Source: Nitrospirae bacterium MYbin3 (lineage in GTDB: Bacteria; Nitrospirota; Thermodesulfovibrionia; Thermodesulfovibrionales; Dissulfurispiraceae). Taken from it: a stretch of 64,000 nucleotides of DNA. The stretch covers positions 1-64,000 of the forward strand of contig PEAD01000002.1 in assembly GCA_002753335.1 (NCBI GenBank), in the 5' to 3' direction. The position numbers were made by a program, and so were the translations under genes. The notes beneath the pieces are model-generated. The model did no database searches and had not been told where the DNA came from. It saw only the letters and a program-made list of their open reading frames with translations. Below are positions 52,065 to 62,936 of this stretch, one piece after another; within the stretch, counting starts at the first letter, position 1, and every line of letters begins with the position of its first letter.

Positions 52065-53942
52065 TCAGTTTTTAAAGGACATTTTCAGGGAACACATATC
52101 CTCTTCCCACTTTTTGTTTATTTCAAAGCCCGCATTTTCGAACACATGAAGCATCGAAAAGTTGTCAGAAAGAAGCTCGGCCGTAAAACCGTTCAGGCCG
52201 TTTTTCTTTGCAAGAAAGGTCATGTATGCCAGTATCTCTGCCCCGATGCCGTGGTTGCGGTAGTCTTCGCGCACTACGAACGCAACCTCGGCGGTATTTG
52301 AGTTTTCGTCAATAATATATTGTCCCATTCCTGTTATCTTTTCATGGCCGGTGTCATTTATCACAGAAAGTATCACCATTTCTTTGGAGTAGTCTATTAT
52401 TACGAAAGGCTGCAGACGCTCATGTGGCATGTCTATTCTTGAAGACACAAATCTTTTGTGCATCGAGTCTGAGGAAAGAGAATAGAAAAAATCTTTAAGA
52501 AGAGGTTCGTCGCTGATCTTGACCGGCCTGAGGAATATTTTTAAGCCTGATTTGGTGACTTTATGCTTTTCAAGCTCCTCCGGATAAACCCCTCGTTCTC
52601 CGGGTATGAAGGCCTGATCGCTATAAATCAATCCCAATCCCTTTGCTTTTTCTATAAGCTCCTGCCTGAATTTAGGGTGGGCTATAGATATAAGATCCAT
52701 AGCCCTTTCACGCACATTTTTTCCATGCAGGTACGCGACGCCCCATTCGGTTATGACATAATGGATGTCCCCTCTGGTCAGAGTAACTCCTTCCCCTTCG
52801 CTCAACAAAGGCGCTATGCGGGAAACCTCGCCGTTTTCGGCTGTTGACTCAAGCGCCAGTATTGTTTTGCCTCCATCTGACAATATAGCGCCGCGCATAA
52901 AGTCTGCCTGTCCGCCAATGCCGCTGTAAAACAGCCTTCCTATTGATTCTGCGGTGGCCTGTCCTGTGAGGTCTATTTTAAGAGCGCTATTGATTGCGAT
53001 CATATTGCTGTTTCTCGAAATATTGAGCGGGTTGTTGGTGTAGCTTACCGGTCTGAATTCTATACTCGGATTGTCATTAATGAATTCGTAAGTCGAGCGT
53101 TTGCCCATGCAGAAAGCGGCTACCGACTTGCCTTTGTTGAGTTCTTTCCTGCTGTTGTCTATAACGCCTTTTTTCATAAGCTCCACTATACCATCTGTCA
53201 GCAGCTCGGTATGAACGCCGAGGTTTTTTTTGTTGTCTAGGTGGCAAAGAATCGCGTTTGGTATTTTCCCGTATCCTACCTGTATGGTGTCTCCGTCCTG
53301 TATTATGCGTGCCACATGTCTGCCTATTTTCTGTGCGATGTCATCAGAGACTTTTGATTCAAACTCCATAAGAGGTTCATTGTGATGAACTATAAAGTCA
53401 GCATCACTAACGTGTATAAATGTTTCCCCATGCACTCGCGGCATATTTTCGTTTATTTGTATTATTACAACTGATGCGGCTTCTGCAGCAGCTTTGGTTA
53501 TATCAACACTGATTCCGAGGCTCATATATCCATGCTTGTCCGGCATTGATGTCTGGATTAGGGCCACATCTATCGGCACAATTTTTCTGCGAAAAAGCTC
53601 CGGCACGGCTGATAAGAAAACCGGAGTATAATCTGCCGCCCCTTTGTTTATAGCATCCCGGCTATTGTCGCTGATGAAAAATGAATTGTGCCTGAAATTA
53701 TGCTTGAATTTCTTGTCGGTGTATGGAGCGACACCAAGCGTCCATACCTGAAGCACCTCTGCATCGAAGAACGCTTTCGGATGCGAGCCCACATGCTTTA
53801 TCAGGGCATTGACAAGATATTGCGGCTCGCCGCAGCCTGTGCCTATAAAAATTCTGTTGCCGGCATGGATATGCCCGAAGATATGGGCTTCTGCGGCAAA
53901 TTTTTCGGAGTGCTGTTTTTTTAATAGCTCAATTGAGTCCAT
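52065..53942 (-). CDS. Acetyl-CoA hydrolase/transferase fused to a GNAT domain
   Basis: GTGCGEP, GVHTE and SGIGGQADF motifs; C-terminal AEVAFVV..RNHGIG. Confidence 0.9.
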   Translation of the reverse strand: MDSIELLKKQHSEKFAAEAHIFGHIHAGNRIFIGTGCGEPQYLVNALIKHVGSHPKAFFDAEVLQVWTLGVAPYTDKKFKHNFRHNSFFISDNSRDAINKGAADYTPVFLSAVPELFRRKIVPIDVALIQTSMPDKHGYMSLGISVDITKAAAEAASVVIIQINENMPRVHGETFIHVSDADFIVHHNEPLMEFESKVSDDIAQKIGRHVARIIQDGDTIQVGYGKIPNAILCHLDNKKNLGVHTELLTDGIVELMKKGVIDNSRKELNKGKSVAAFCMGKRSTYEFINDNPSIEFRPVSYTNNPLNISRNSNMIAINSALKIDLTGQATAESIGRLFYSGIGGQADFMRGAILSDGGKTILALESTAENGEVSRIAPLLSEGEGVTLTRGDIHYVITEWGVAYLHGKNVRERAMDLISIAHPKFRQELIEKAKGLGLIYSDQAFIPGERGVYPEELEKHKVTKSGLKIFLRPVKISDEPLLKDFFYSLSSDSMHKRFVSSRIDMPHERLQPFVIIDYSKEMVILSVINDTGHEKITGMGQYIIDENSNTAEVAFVVREDYRNHGIGAEILAYMTFLAKKNGLNGFTAELLSDNFSMLHVFENAGFEINKKWEEDMCSLKMSFKN

Positions 53943-53969
53943 AAGAAGGAAAAGTTTGTTCTGAACTAT

Positions 53970-54701
53970 CTATTTTGAAGAACCGTATTTTTTTCTGACC
54001 TCTTTTATTTTTCCGCACGAATAATCTCCTTCAGGACAAGGCGCGTAGAGACATCCGGGCCCTGCCTTCTGAAATATTACGGGAGAAGTTTTCTTGGCAA
54101 GTTTAAGCATTTCTTCGGCCATCCGCCTTATCTCCCACTGTGCTCGGTTACAGCACCTCTGCCTGAAAAAATGCAGCAATTCTCGTGCATTCATGGTGAC
54201 TATTATCTTTGTTTCGGCCGCATTTGGCAGGACAAAACGCGCGTCCTGATTTGCAGACTCCCCCTTGACGCCTTTTTCGTTGAGTTTTGCGACGAGCTGA
54301 CTGTATGCCATTTGCGCTTCGTTCATAAGTCCAATAAAAAGCTTTTTTAGTTCTTTGTCCTCCCCGATTATGGGCGGCACAATATAATCAAAGCCCGACT
54401 CTTCGCTCACATATCTCTGTGACTGTTGGCTGTATGAAGCGAGTCTGTGGCGGACAAGCTGGTGGGAGCAAGCCCTGGATATGCCTTCAACAGCGAAGGT
54501 GAATGAAGCGTGTTCTATAGGACTCATATGCCCCATCTTCATCAGCTTTTCGACAAAGGCAAGCTGGTCCTTTGCTTCTATTTTGCCCTTGAGGTTTTCG
54601 ATATCGGAATGACTGTAGCAGAGCTTTGCGGCCATGGCCACAGTCTCTTCCGGAGCAGGCGTGTGCTTGAGCAGTATTACCTTGAGTTTGGCTTCAGACA
54701 T
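53970..54701 (-). CDS. thyX: FAD-dependent thymidylate synthase
   Basis: HQLVRHRLASYSQQSQRY motif. Confidence 0.97.
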   Translation of the reverse strand: MSEAKLKVILLKHTPAPEETVAMAAKLCYSHSDIENLKGKIEAKDQLAFVEKLMKMGHMSPIEHASFTFAVEGISRACSHQLVRHRLASYSQQSQRYVSEESGFDYIVPPIIGEDKELKKLFIGLMNEAQMAYSQLVAKLNEKGVKGESANQDARFVLPNAAETKIIVTMNARELLHFFRQRCCNRAQWEIRRMAEEMLKLAKKTSPVIFQKAGPGCLYAPCPEGDYSCGKIKEVRKKYGSSK

Positions 54702-55285
54702 TACAGCTTTCCTTTTGTTGTTGGGACGCCTTTCATGCGAGGGTCTATGGACACAGCTTCTCTCAATGCCCTGCCGAAGGCCTTGAATATTGCCTCGAAA
54801 ATGTGGTGAATATCACGGCCGTAGCTGACAGTTATATGCAGGTTCATCATAGCATGGTTTGTGAATGACCTGAAGAAATCCTCAAAGAGCGAGATTTCAA
54901 GCCCTCTCAGTGTGTGCATTGTCGGCTCCACGTTATAGATAAGATAAGGTCTGCCGCTCAGGTCTATAGCAACCTGCGCAAGGCTCTCATCCATAGGCAC
55001 AACCGCCGCCCCGTATCTTGTTATGCCTTTTTTGTCACCGAGAGCTTTCTTCAGGGCCTCACCCATAGTTATGCCCAAGTCCTCCATAAGGTGATGGTAG
55101 TCTATTTCAATGTCGCCTTTTGCTGCCACACGCAGGTCAATAAGCCCGTGAAAAGAAAACAGGTTTAGCATGTGGTCAAGGAACGGTATCGAGGTGCTTA
55201 TATCGGCTGTGCCTTTGCCGTCAAGCGAAAGCTCCACAGAAATTTCGGTCTCCTTTGTTTTTCTCTCAAGCGTTGCAGTTCTCAT
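54701..55285 (-). CDS. hisB: Imidazoleglycerol-phosphate dehydratase
   Basis: RKTKET, DYHHLMED, PMDE and HHIFEAIFKA motifs. Confidence 0.97.
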   Translation of the reverse strand: MRTATLERKTKETEISVELSLDGKGTADISTSIPFLDHMLNLFSFHGLIDLRVAAKGDIEIDYHHLMEDLGITMGEALKKALGDKKGITRYGAAVVPMDESLAQVAIDLSGRPYLIYNVEPTMHTLRGLEISLFEDFFRSFTNHAMMNLHITVSYGRDIHHIFEAIFKAFGRALREAVSIDPRMKGVPTTKGKL

Positions 55286-56322
55286 ATATTCCTCCTCAAG
55301 GCTCTTTCGAGCGACTTTATGAACATATTATTTTCATCAGGGGTGCCGACGGTAACGCGCAGCGAGTTTTTTACAACACCCGAAAGATTTCTCACAAGCA
55401 CTCCGGATTTCAAAAGTTTCTTGTATATCAAATCCGCGTTTTCAACTGCGAATAGTATGAAGTTGGCTTCAGAAGGATAAGGGGTGACCCCTTTCATTTC
55501 GGCCAGCACCTTTGTCAGTCTATCTCTTTCTGTTGAAATTGACTTGACCGCACAGATTATAGCTTTTTTCTGTTTGAATGCATCAAGTGCGATTGCCTGA
55601 GATATTGAGTTCAGATTGAACGGGAGTCTTACCTTGTTGACCTCGTCTATCAATAGTCTATCTGCAATCATAAAACCTGTTCTCAGTGCAGCTAAGCCTA
55701 TCTTGCTGAGCGTACGCATTATTGCAAGGTTTGCGTAATCGTTCAGAAAGGGCAAGAAGCCCTGCTCGCTCGCAAAAGGCTGATATGCCTCATCAACGAT
55801 AACAATATTTCTTGAGGCCTCGATTATCTTCAGAATCCGGTCGGCCGAAAAGCAGTTGCCTGTAGGATTGTTTGGAGAACTTAGGAATATGAGCTTGGGC
55901 TTGTATTTCTTTATGGCTGCAATCATTTTATCGGTGTCAATATCAAACTCTTTGTCGAGAGGAATGCCTATAAATTTTTCACCTAGCGCCTGAGATATTA
56001 TGGCGTACATCGAAAATGTCGGCACAGGAGCAAGCACCGGCCCGCCAAAGGTTATTATGAGGTAGTAAATCAGCTCATCAGAGCCGTTGCCCAAAAGTAT
56101 ATTTTCCTTGTTTATCCCCAAATCCTTTGCAATAGCTGTTTTCAGAAGATTGGCATCAGGGTCCGGATAGCGGTTGAGTTTTTCTAGAATTTCAGGGGAT
56201 AGTTTGGAATTGATGCAATAAGGGCTTTCATTCGCATCAAGCTTAACCGCACACGGTAATTCTTCCGCTTTATAAGGCTTGAGCGAGCGGATATTTTTTT
56301 TGGTCAGAACCGAGAAATCCAT
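55282..56322 (-). CDS. hisC: Histidinol-phosphate aminotransferase
   Basis: LDANESP, GNGSDE, PNNPTG, DEAY and RTLSK motifs. Confidence 0.96.
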   Translation of the reverse strand: MDFSVLTKKNIRSLKPYKAEELPCAVKLDANESPYCINSKLSPEILEKLNRYPDPDANLLKTAIAKDLGINKENILLGNGSDELIYYLIITFGGPVLAPVPTFSMYAIISQALGEKFIGIPLDKEFDIDTDKMIAAIKKYKPKLIFLSSPNNPTGNCFSADRILKIIEASRNIVIVDEAYQPFASEQGFLPFLNDYANLAIMRTLSKIGLAALRTGFMIADRLLIDEVNKVRLPFNLNSISQAIALDAFKQKKAIICAVKSISTERDRLTKVLAEMKGVTPYPSEANFILFAVENADLIYKKLLKSGVLVRNLSGVVKNSLRVTVGTPDENNMFIKSLERALRRNI

Positions 56323-56326
56323 GCTT

Positions 56327-56378
56327 TATATTATATTGACAGTCATGTGTTGTCAACGAAAAGCCTGTCGGTTATAAT
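56327..56378. promoter_or_regulatory. Back-to-back sigma-70 promoters for hisC and the IMPase gene
   Basis: (+) TTGTCA-17-TATAAT; (-) TTGACA-17-TAATAT; overlapping -35 hexamers. Confidence 0.65.
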
Positions 56379-56385
56379 TAACACT

Positions 56386-57168
56386 ATGGAAATTCAAGAC
56401 CTTAGAGGTATAGGGAAGAGGCTTTTTGCCGGAATCGGCAGAACGAGGCTGCGCCCTTTTGAATCAGTATCAATCGGCAAGGGGGCTGGAGGGGACAAAA
56501 CTTTTCCGATCGATAAACAGGCCGAAGACATAATAATAGCAGGGCTTGAATCGCTTAATGAGCCTTTGAGCATAGTCTCGGAAGAGGCAGGCATCAAGGA
56601 GATAAAAGGCGGTGGAGCGAGGGTTCTCATTGATCCGATAGACGGCAGTAAAAATGCGATAAGCGGCGTGCCTTTTTATTGTTCATCCATCGCTGTTGCG
56701 GACGGCAATAGGGTTGGAAATGTTTTTATGTCGTATGTTATCAATCTGCTTACGGGCGATGAGTTCTGGGCAGAAAGGGGCAAGGGCGCTTACTTCAATG
56801 GTATTAGGATTGCAACACAAAAAGATGATATTTTTTATTTCATCGCATACGAGGCGCAGATTCCGAAAAGAGATATCCCCATTATTACAAAGCTGCTTGG
56901 AGAAGCAAGAAGGGCAAGATGCTTCGGTTCTATGGCCCTTGACCTTGCATATCTCGCATATGGTTCTGTGAGTGTATTTGTAATGCCTGAGCCTTCGCGC
57001 AGTTTTGATTATGCTGGCGGCTGGCTTCTTGTAAAGGAGGCCGGCGGCATTATAACCGATACAAAAGGGAATTCTATAGACGATGAAGAGACCGGTTTGG
57101 GGCGAGGCGCCACGATACTTGCATCAGGGAATGCAGGCTTGCATGACAAGGCACTAAAGCTGCTTTAA
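56386..57168 (+). CDS. Inositol monophosphatase/FBPase family protein
   Basis: SEE, DPIDGSKN and RSFDYAGG motifs. Confidence 0.9.
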   Translation: MEIQDLRGIGKRLFAGIGRTRLRPFESVSIGKGAGGDKTFPIDKQAEDIIIAGLESLNEPLSIVSEEAGIKEIKGGGARVLIDPIDGSKNAISGVPFYCSSIAVADGNRVGNVFMSYVINLLTGDEFWAERGKGAYFNGIRIATQKDDIFYFIAYEAQIPKRDIPIITKLLGEARRARCFGSMALDLAYLAYGSVSVFVMPEPSRSFDYAGGWLLVKEAGGIITDTKGNSIDDEETGLGRGATILASGNAGLHDKALKLL

Positions 57169-57184
57169 TATACAGCGGATGAAA

Positions 57185-57260
57185 TGGGGTGGGCGACGGG
57201 GATTGAACCCGCAACCACTGGAGCCACAGTCCAGTGCTCTGCCATTGAGCTACGCCCACC
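57185..57260 (-). tRNA. tRNA-His(GTG)
   Basis: Anticodon loop CTGTGGC, G-1 and encoded CCA. Confidence 0.96.
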
Positions 57261-57274
57261 GTGTGAAGCGCTTT

Positions 57275-57351
<77 letters not shown>

Positions 57352-57384
57352 TTGCACGCCGGGAATCCAAAACATCAGGAGCGG

Positions 57385-57464
<80 letters not shown>

Positions 57465-57472
57465 AAACGATT

Positions 57473-57502
57473 AGATTAATAGAATATTTGAAAAAATGTC
57501 AA
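57473..57502 (-). promoter_or_regulatory. Promoter of the tRNA Pro-Arg-His operon
   Basis: TTGACA-18bp-TAATCT on minus strand. Confidence 0.6.
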
Positions 57503-57573
57503 TTTAATATGATTTGCCGGCTCTGATTGCAGGGGTTGACAATGCATGGAAAGCGGGTATAAGTTAATACCAT

Positions 57574-57900
57574 ATGAGCAATGTAAAGTATTTGACCTGT
57601 CTATTCATTGGCATAACAGCTATATGTATCACTGCATCAAGTGTTCAGGCTGTGCCTCCCGGAAAAATAATTGATTGGAAAAGTCCTATGGGAAGGGTTG
57701 TTTTTGATGGCAAAAAGCATGCTGATAAAGGGCTTGAGTGTGGCAGGTGCCATCCGGCTATATTTGAGCAGAAAAAAGGAGCGGACAATTTCAGGATGAC
57801 CGACATAAAGATCAGAAAATTCTGCGGAGAGTGTCATAATGGAACAGATGCTTTCAGCGCAACCGAAGGGCATAACTGCAAAAGGTGCCACAAAAAATAG
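57574..57900 (+). CDS. Triheme c7-type periplasmic cytochrome
   Basis: Signal peptide; VVFDGKKH, CGRCH, CGECHNG..AF and CKRCH motifs. Confidence 0.9.
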   Translation: MSNVKYLTCLFIGITAICITASSVQAVPPGKIIDWKSPMGRVVFDGKKHADKGLECGRCHPAIFEQKKGADNFRMTDIKIRKFCGECHNGTDAFSATEGHNCKRCHKK

Positions 57901-57906
57901 TCTTTG

Positions 57907-59151
57907 CTACGTCAATGAAATTCTGTCTCTGCCTGCCTGTTTTGATTTGTAAAGCCCCTCATCAGCCCTGTTGATAGCCGAATTAAGCTCTTCATTGCCC
58001 ACGGTGCAGGTTGCACCTAAACTGAGCGTTACTTTGCACTGACCGACACTTTTTTCTCTAACCGCGTTCCATATTCTCTCGGCTACCAGTTTAGTTTCTT
58101 CTATGCTGGAGTTGGGAAGCAGGATAAGAAACTCTTCTCCTCCATAGCGTCCCACCATATCGTACTTGCGCACAGATGTTTTAATTCTATGCGCAACTTC
58201 TTTTAGAACTTCATCACCAGTTAAATGTCCATAATTATCGTTTATTTTTTTGAAGTAATCGATATCAGCCATTATAAGCCCCATCGACGGCACTTTTTTG
58301 CGCGTTACGCGGTCGAACTCCTCTTCCACCCGCAATATCATATAGCGCCTGTTATAAAGCTTGGTAAGCCCATCCGTAATCGCCATAAGGTGAAGTTCTT
58401 CCTGCGTTTTCGAGAGCTGTCCTGTTATGCGGGACATCAGAAAATACAGTACCCCGAAGACAAAAACAAGAACAACAGAAAGTACTACGACCGAATAGGT
58501 GACAACTTTTCTTATTTCTTGATACGAATGGGTTACATCGATATAGACTTCGAAACTCCCAACTATGTCGTGGTTATCGTCGATAATCGGCAGATATGTT
58601 TCGACCACATCAACTTCGTATCTTTTTTCTCCGACAAGGTCGAGCACAGAACCTTTCTGCACTATTTTGGAATCTGTCTGTCCTCTAAGCGCCTTTGCAA
58701 GCGCCTGGTTTGTTTTATCTGTTTTACCGATTATCGAGTGGTCTGTGCTGTAAACTATCTTGGTATCGGTGCTGAAGAACTTTATCTTGAACATGTTAAG
58801 AGGATGCAGGTATTTTTTCATCCGGTCGTCGAGCATCGCAAAGGCTTCTTCTTTTACATGGATTGTCGCTTTGCCCGAGGCGTCTGTTGATAGGAGGTAT
58901 TTGCGCTCCTGATCAAAAATTGTATATGCGATTCTTATAGCGTTATCTTCGGCATTTCTGATTATGTAGTCGTAATTGATTTTGTAAAGACCTATTCCGA
59001 CCAATAGTAGTATAGTAGCAATAGAAAAAATGGAAAATAAGGTAAAGAGCTTCAGTACGTATTTGGGATTCTTTTTTACATGCTTTAATGCATTTATTAT
59101 TAAGCCTGCGTCTTTGATCACAACCCTTTTTACCTCCTGCCCGCGAGTCAT
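57907..59151 (-). CDS. Membrane-bound diguanylate cyclase
   Basis: Two TM helices; DGLTKLYNRR, RKYD I-site and GGEEF. Confidence 0.93.
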   Translation of the reverse strand: MTRGQEVKRVVIKDAGLIINALKHVKKNPKYVLKLFTLFSIFSIATILLLVGIGLYKINYDYIIRNAEDNAIRIAYTIFDQERKYLLSTDASGKATIHVKEEAFAMLDDRMKKYLHPLNMFKIKFFSTDTKIVYSTDHSIIGKTDKTNQALAKALRGQTDSKIVQKGSVLDLVGEKRYEVDVVETYLPIIDDNHDIVGSFEVYIDVTHSYQEIRKVVTYSVVVLSVVLVFVFGVLYFLMSRITGQLSKTQEELHLMAITDGLTKLYNRRYMILRVEEEFDRVTRKKVPSMGLIMADIDYFKKINDNYGHLTGDEVLKEVAHRIKTSVRKYDMVGRYGGEEFLILLPNSSIEETKLVAERIWNAVREKSVGQCKVTLSLGATCTVGNEELNSAINRADEGLYKSKQAGRDRISLT

Positions 59152-59251
59152 GATTTGGGTTCAATTATGATACCTGAATTCGTATAAAAAAACATATACA
59201 ATGCAACTATTATTATTGACACGGAAAAGACTAAACCCTTATTATGCTTTC

Positions 59252-60214
59252 ATGTCCGAGCTTTTAAAAATCAGAGGCCTTTCGATTTCTTTCGTGTTAG
59301 GCAGGGGACTTACAAATGCTGTATCTGCGCTGTCTTTTGCTATAAACGAAAGTGAAGTTTTTGGACTGGCGGGTGAAAGCGGCTGTGGCAAGAGCTTAAC
59401 AGCCTTGTCAGTTTTAGGAATTCTGCCTCCCAGCGCTGTTGCCGAAGGGCAAATATTGTTCAAAGAAAAAAATCTGCTTGCGCTAAAAGAGGCCCAGATG
59501 CGGGGCATAAGAGGCAAAGATATATCGATGGTTTTTCAGGAGCCGATGACGTCGTTGAATCCTGTATTGACGGTAGGCTACCAGATAGCCGAAACTCTTA
59601 CAACCCACTACAATATGTCCAAGCGCGAAGCTATGGATAAGGCGGTGGAGCTGCTCAAGGCTGTTAAGATACCTTCTCCAGAGCTTAGAGTAAAAGATTA
59701 TCCGCACCAGATCTCGGGCGGGATGCGCCAGCGTGTTATGATCGCTATGGCCATAGCCTGCAACCCTTCGCTGCTTATCGCTGATGAGCCTACAACAGCT
59801 CTCGATGTAACAATACAGGCGCAGATACTGGATCTGATTCAAGGGTTGAGAAGAGATCGGCATATGTCTGTACTGCTGATAACTCATGATTTGGGCATTA
59901 TTTCTGAGCAGGCAGACAGGGTTGCGATAATGTATGCGGGGAGGATCGTGGAACTGGCTGACACGCAAACAATATTTGATAATCCCATGCACCCTTATAC
60001 TCGGGGCCTTCTTGAATCTTTGCCGGTATCTAAGGGCAAAAACCTGAGGCCTATAAAGGGAGTAGTGCCTTCTCCAGGGTATCTGCCGCAGGGCTGCAAG
60101 TTTTCGGACCGCTGCGGAATGGCGATTGCCGCGTGTTCAGAAAAAGAGCCGGAACTAATAAGCATTTCTGAAAAACAATCAGTGCGATGCATAGTAACCA
60201 CAGGTAAAGCATGA
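59252..60214 (+). CDS. Oligopeptide/dipeptide ABC transporter ATPase (DppD-like)
   Basis: [20 protein letters not shown] and HPYT motifs. Confidence 0.93.
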   Translation: MSELLKIRGLSISFVLGRGLTNAVSALSFAINESEVFGLAGESGCGKSLTALSVLGILPPSAVAEGQILFKEKNLLALKEAQMRGIRGKDISMVFQEPMTSLNPVLTVGYQIAETLTTHYNMSKREAMDKAVELLKAVKIPSPELRVKDYPHQISGGMRQRVMIAMAIACNPSLLIADEPTTALDVTIQAQILDLIQGLRRDRHMSVLLITHDLGIISEQADRVAIMYAGRIVELADTQTIFDNPMHPYTRGLLESLPVSKGKNLRPIKGVVPSPGYLPQGCKFSDRCGMAIAACSEKEPELISISEKQSVRCIVTTGKA

Positions 60215-61191
60215 ATACAGAACAAAACTTATTATCCGTTGAAACTCTAAAAAAATATTTTGAGCTGAAAAGCGGTTTCGGCAGCCCGAAGAAGTTTCTG
60301 AAAGCGGTTGACGGCGTGAGTTTTGATGTTAATGGAAATTCGGTCTTTGCGATAGTCGGCGAAAGCGGCTGCGGAAAAACAACCATTGCGCGGCTTTTAA
60401 TGAAGCTTCTTGATCCCACAGATGGCAGGATTATATTCAAAGGGCAGGATGTTTCAGCATTGAGAGGCGAGGCTTTGATGGGTTTCAGGCGCTCTGTGCA
60501 GATAGTTTTTCAGGACCCTTTTGCATCTTTGAACCCTCGCATGAGAATTGTGGATGCGCTTTCTGAGCCCTTTAAAATACATAAGCTCGCTCCCAAACAT
60601 GAAATAAAAGACAGGGTGACGGAGCTTCTTATGAAGGTCGGAATCACAGACGAGGCGCTTTACAGATATCCGCATGAGTTCAGCGGAGGACAGAGGCAGC
60701 GCATCTGCATAGCCAGAGCCCTTACGGTTTCACCAAGCCTGATAGTTGCGGATGAACCATTGTCGGCGCTCGATGTCTCGATACAGGCTCAGATACTCAA
60801 TCTGCTTCAGGATATTAAAAAGGAGACCGGCATAGCGCTTATTCTTATAAGCCATGATTTGCGGGTTGTCCATTATCTCAGCGATGAAGTGGCGGTAATG
60901 TATTTAGGCAGGATAGTTGAAAGGGCCAAGACAGAAGATATATTTAAAGAACCGCTTCATCCTTATACTCATCTGCTTCTTGCATCAGCTCCAGAAATAA
61001 GGCACGCAAAATCAGCAAATAGAATTCGTCCTGCTGAGCAGGGTGATGTGCCCAGCCCGGTTGATCTGCCGCAGGGATGCTCCTTCCATCCGCGCTGTTC
61101 GAAGAAACTGGCTATCTGCGATAAGATCGAACCTGTATTAAAAGAAAAAAATGGCAGGCATATAGCCTGCCATTTGTATAATTCCGAATAG
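60211..61191 (+). CDS. Oligopeptide/dipeptide ABC transporter ATPase (DppF-like)
   Basis: GESGCGKT, YPHEFSGGQRQR and GCSFHPRC motifs. Confidence 0.93.
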   Translation: MNTEQNLLSVETLKKYFELKSGFGSPKKFLKAVDGVSFDVNGNSVFAIVGESGCGKTTIARLLMKLLDPTDGRIIFKGQDVSALRGEALMGFRRSVQIVFQDPFASLNPRMRIVDALSEPFKIHKLAPKHEIKDRVTELLMKVGITDEALYRYPHEFSGGQRQRICIARALTVSPSLIVADEPLSALDVSIQAQILNLLQDIKKETGIALILISHDLRVVHYLSDEVAVMYLGRIVERAKTEDIFKEPLHPYTHLLLASAPEIRHAKSANRIRPAEQGDVPSPVDLPQGCSFHPRCSKKLAICDKIEPVLKEKNGRHIACHLYNSE

Positions 61192-61206
61192 CTGTTTGTT
61201 TTTTTT

Positions 61207-62082
61207 CTATTTCACAAATCCGTAAGCCTTGAGCACAGCCTTGAGCTTATCTCTATTTGCGGCCGACATCTCGCAGAGAGGCATCCTGAACTCTTCTTCT
61301 ATTTTGCCCATCAGTGCAAGCGCGGTTTTTACCGGTATCGGATTCGTCTCGATAAACATGGCGTTGTTTAAGGGCTCCAGCATATAGTGAAGCTCGCGTG
61401 CTTTCTTCATGTCCCCCTTTTCCCATGCATTGAAGATTCCAGCGCTTTCTTTTGGGGCCACGTTTGCTGTTACCGAAATTGAGCCTTTGCCTCCGAGCGC
61501 AAGCAAAGGAAGTGTTGTGAAGTCATCGCCCGAGATCACAGAAATCCTGTCGCCGCACAATCTCAATAGCTCGCTGGCCTGCTTCATATCACCGGTAGCC
61601 TCTTTAATGGCCACGATGTTTTTGAACTCAAGCAGCCGGGCAACTGTTGACGGAAGCATATTTACGGCGGTCCTTCCCGGCACATTGTAAAGTACTATCG
61701 GGAGATCTACCGCTTCGGCCACAATTTTGTAGTGCCTGTAAAGGCCTTCCTGAGTGGGCTTGTTGTAGTACGGGGTGACTAGCAGCGCGCCGTCAGCGCC
61801 GAGCTTCTTTGCTTTTTGGGTTAGAGTTACTGCTTCATCCGTGGAGTTTGCGCCTGTTCCGGCAATAACCGGTATGCGTTTATTGACAGCTTTTACCGCG
61901 ACTTCGATGACCCTGAAATGTTCGTCAAAGTCCAGAGTAGAGGCCTCGCCTGTTGTGCCGCAAGGAACGATTCCGTGCGTGCCTTGGCTAATATGCCATT
62001 CGATAAGTTCGCAGTAAGTCTTTTCGTCGAAAACGCCTTTTTTAAAGGGGGTAACTATTGCTACTATTGAACCTTTGAACAT
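61207..62082 (-). CDS. dapA: 4-hydroxy-tetrahydrodipicolinate synthase
   Basis: GTTGE, PYYNKP, YNVPGRT and IKEATG motifs. Confidence 0.97.
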   Translation of the reverse strand: MFKGSIVAIVTPFKKGVFDEKTYCELIEWHISQGTHGIVPCGTTGEASTLDFDEHFRVIEVAVKAVNKRIPVIAGTGANSTDEAVTLTQKAKKLGADGALLVTPYYNKPTQEGLYRHYKIVAEAVDLPIVLYNVPGRTAVNMLPSTVARLLEFKNIVAIKEATGDMKQASELLRLCGDRISVISGDDFTTLPLLALGGKGSISVTANVAPKESAGIFNAWEKGDMKKARELHYMLEPLNNAMFIETNPIPVKTALALMGKIEEEFRMPLCEMSAANRDKLKAVLKAYGFVK

Positions 62083-62101
62083 GTTATACCTCCGTCTATT
62101 T

Positions 62102-62935
62102 TTATTCTCTGATTTGCCCTTCAAAAACTTCAACTGCCGGACCGGTCATGTAAACATGATTGTTCGGCGCCCATTCTATGATCAAATCACCTCCAGAAAG
62201 ACTGACTGTAACCGTTTTATCAGAAAGCCCTTTCAACATTCCGGCAACCCCTGTTGCTGATGCCCCTGTGCCGCATGCGAGGGTTTGGCCTGAACCTCGC
62301 TCCCAAACTCTCATTACGAGCCTGTCTTTGCCCTTTGCATTCACAAACTCAATGTTGGCTTTATTAGGGAATATAGGATGGTTCTCTAAGAGGGGCCCAT
62401 ATTTTGATATTGGGAACTCTTCAAGGTCATCATCTATGAATATAACAGCGTGAGGATTTCCCATAGAAACAAATGTGGCTCTGAATCCTCTGTCTTCTAT
62501 CACCAGTGAATAATCTTTAACTGGGTATGCGATATCTTTTGCAACCGCAACCGGAATTTTAGAAGGTTCAAAAACAGGCTCTCCCATGTCAACTCTGACC
62601 ATATCGCCAGCCATTTCAGGTTTAATGATGCCTGCCAGTGTTTCTATGTTCAGAATTTTTTTCTCTGACAATTTCCGATCCCAGATATACTTTGCAAGGC
62701 AGCGTATGCCGTTGCCGCACATTTCAACCTCGCCGCCGTCCGCGTTATAAATAAGCATTTTGAAATCCGCTTTTTCTGACGGGTAGAGAAGGATAAGCTG
62801 GTCAGCCCCTATGCCAAAGCGTCGGTCGCAGAAAACAGCTGCAAATCTTGACGGGTCGCTCAGGGGATTCTCTAGGCAGTTGACAACGATAAAATCGTTG
62901 CCGAGACCGTGCATCTTTGTAAAAGCGATTTTCAT
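62102..62935 (-). CDS. dapF: Diaminopimelate epimerase
   Basis: KMHGLGNDF, EMCGNGIRC and TLACGTG motifs. Confidence 0.97.
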   Translation of the reverse strand: MKIAFTKMHGLGNDFIVVNCLENPLSDPSRFAAVFCDRRFGIGADQLILLYPSEKADFKMLIYNADGGEVEMCGNGIRCLAKYIWDRKLSEKKILNIETLAGIIKPEMAGDMVRVDMGEPVFEPSKIPVAVAKDIAYPVKDYSLVIEDRGFRATFVSMGNPHAVIFIDDDLEEFPISKYGPLLENHPIFPNKANIEFVNAKGKDRLVMRVWERGSGQTLACGTGASATGVAGMLKGLSDKTVTVSLSGGDLIIEWAPNNHVYMTGPAVEVFEGQIRE

Positions 62936-62936
62936 T

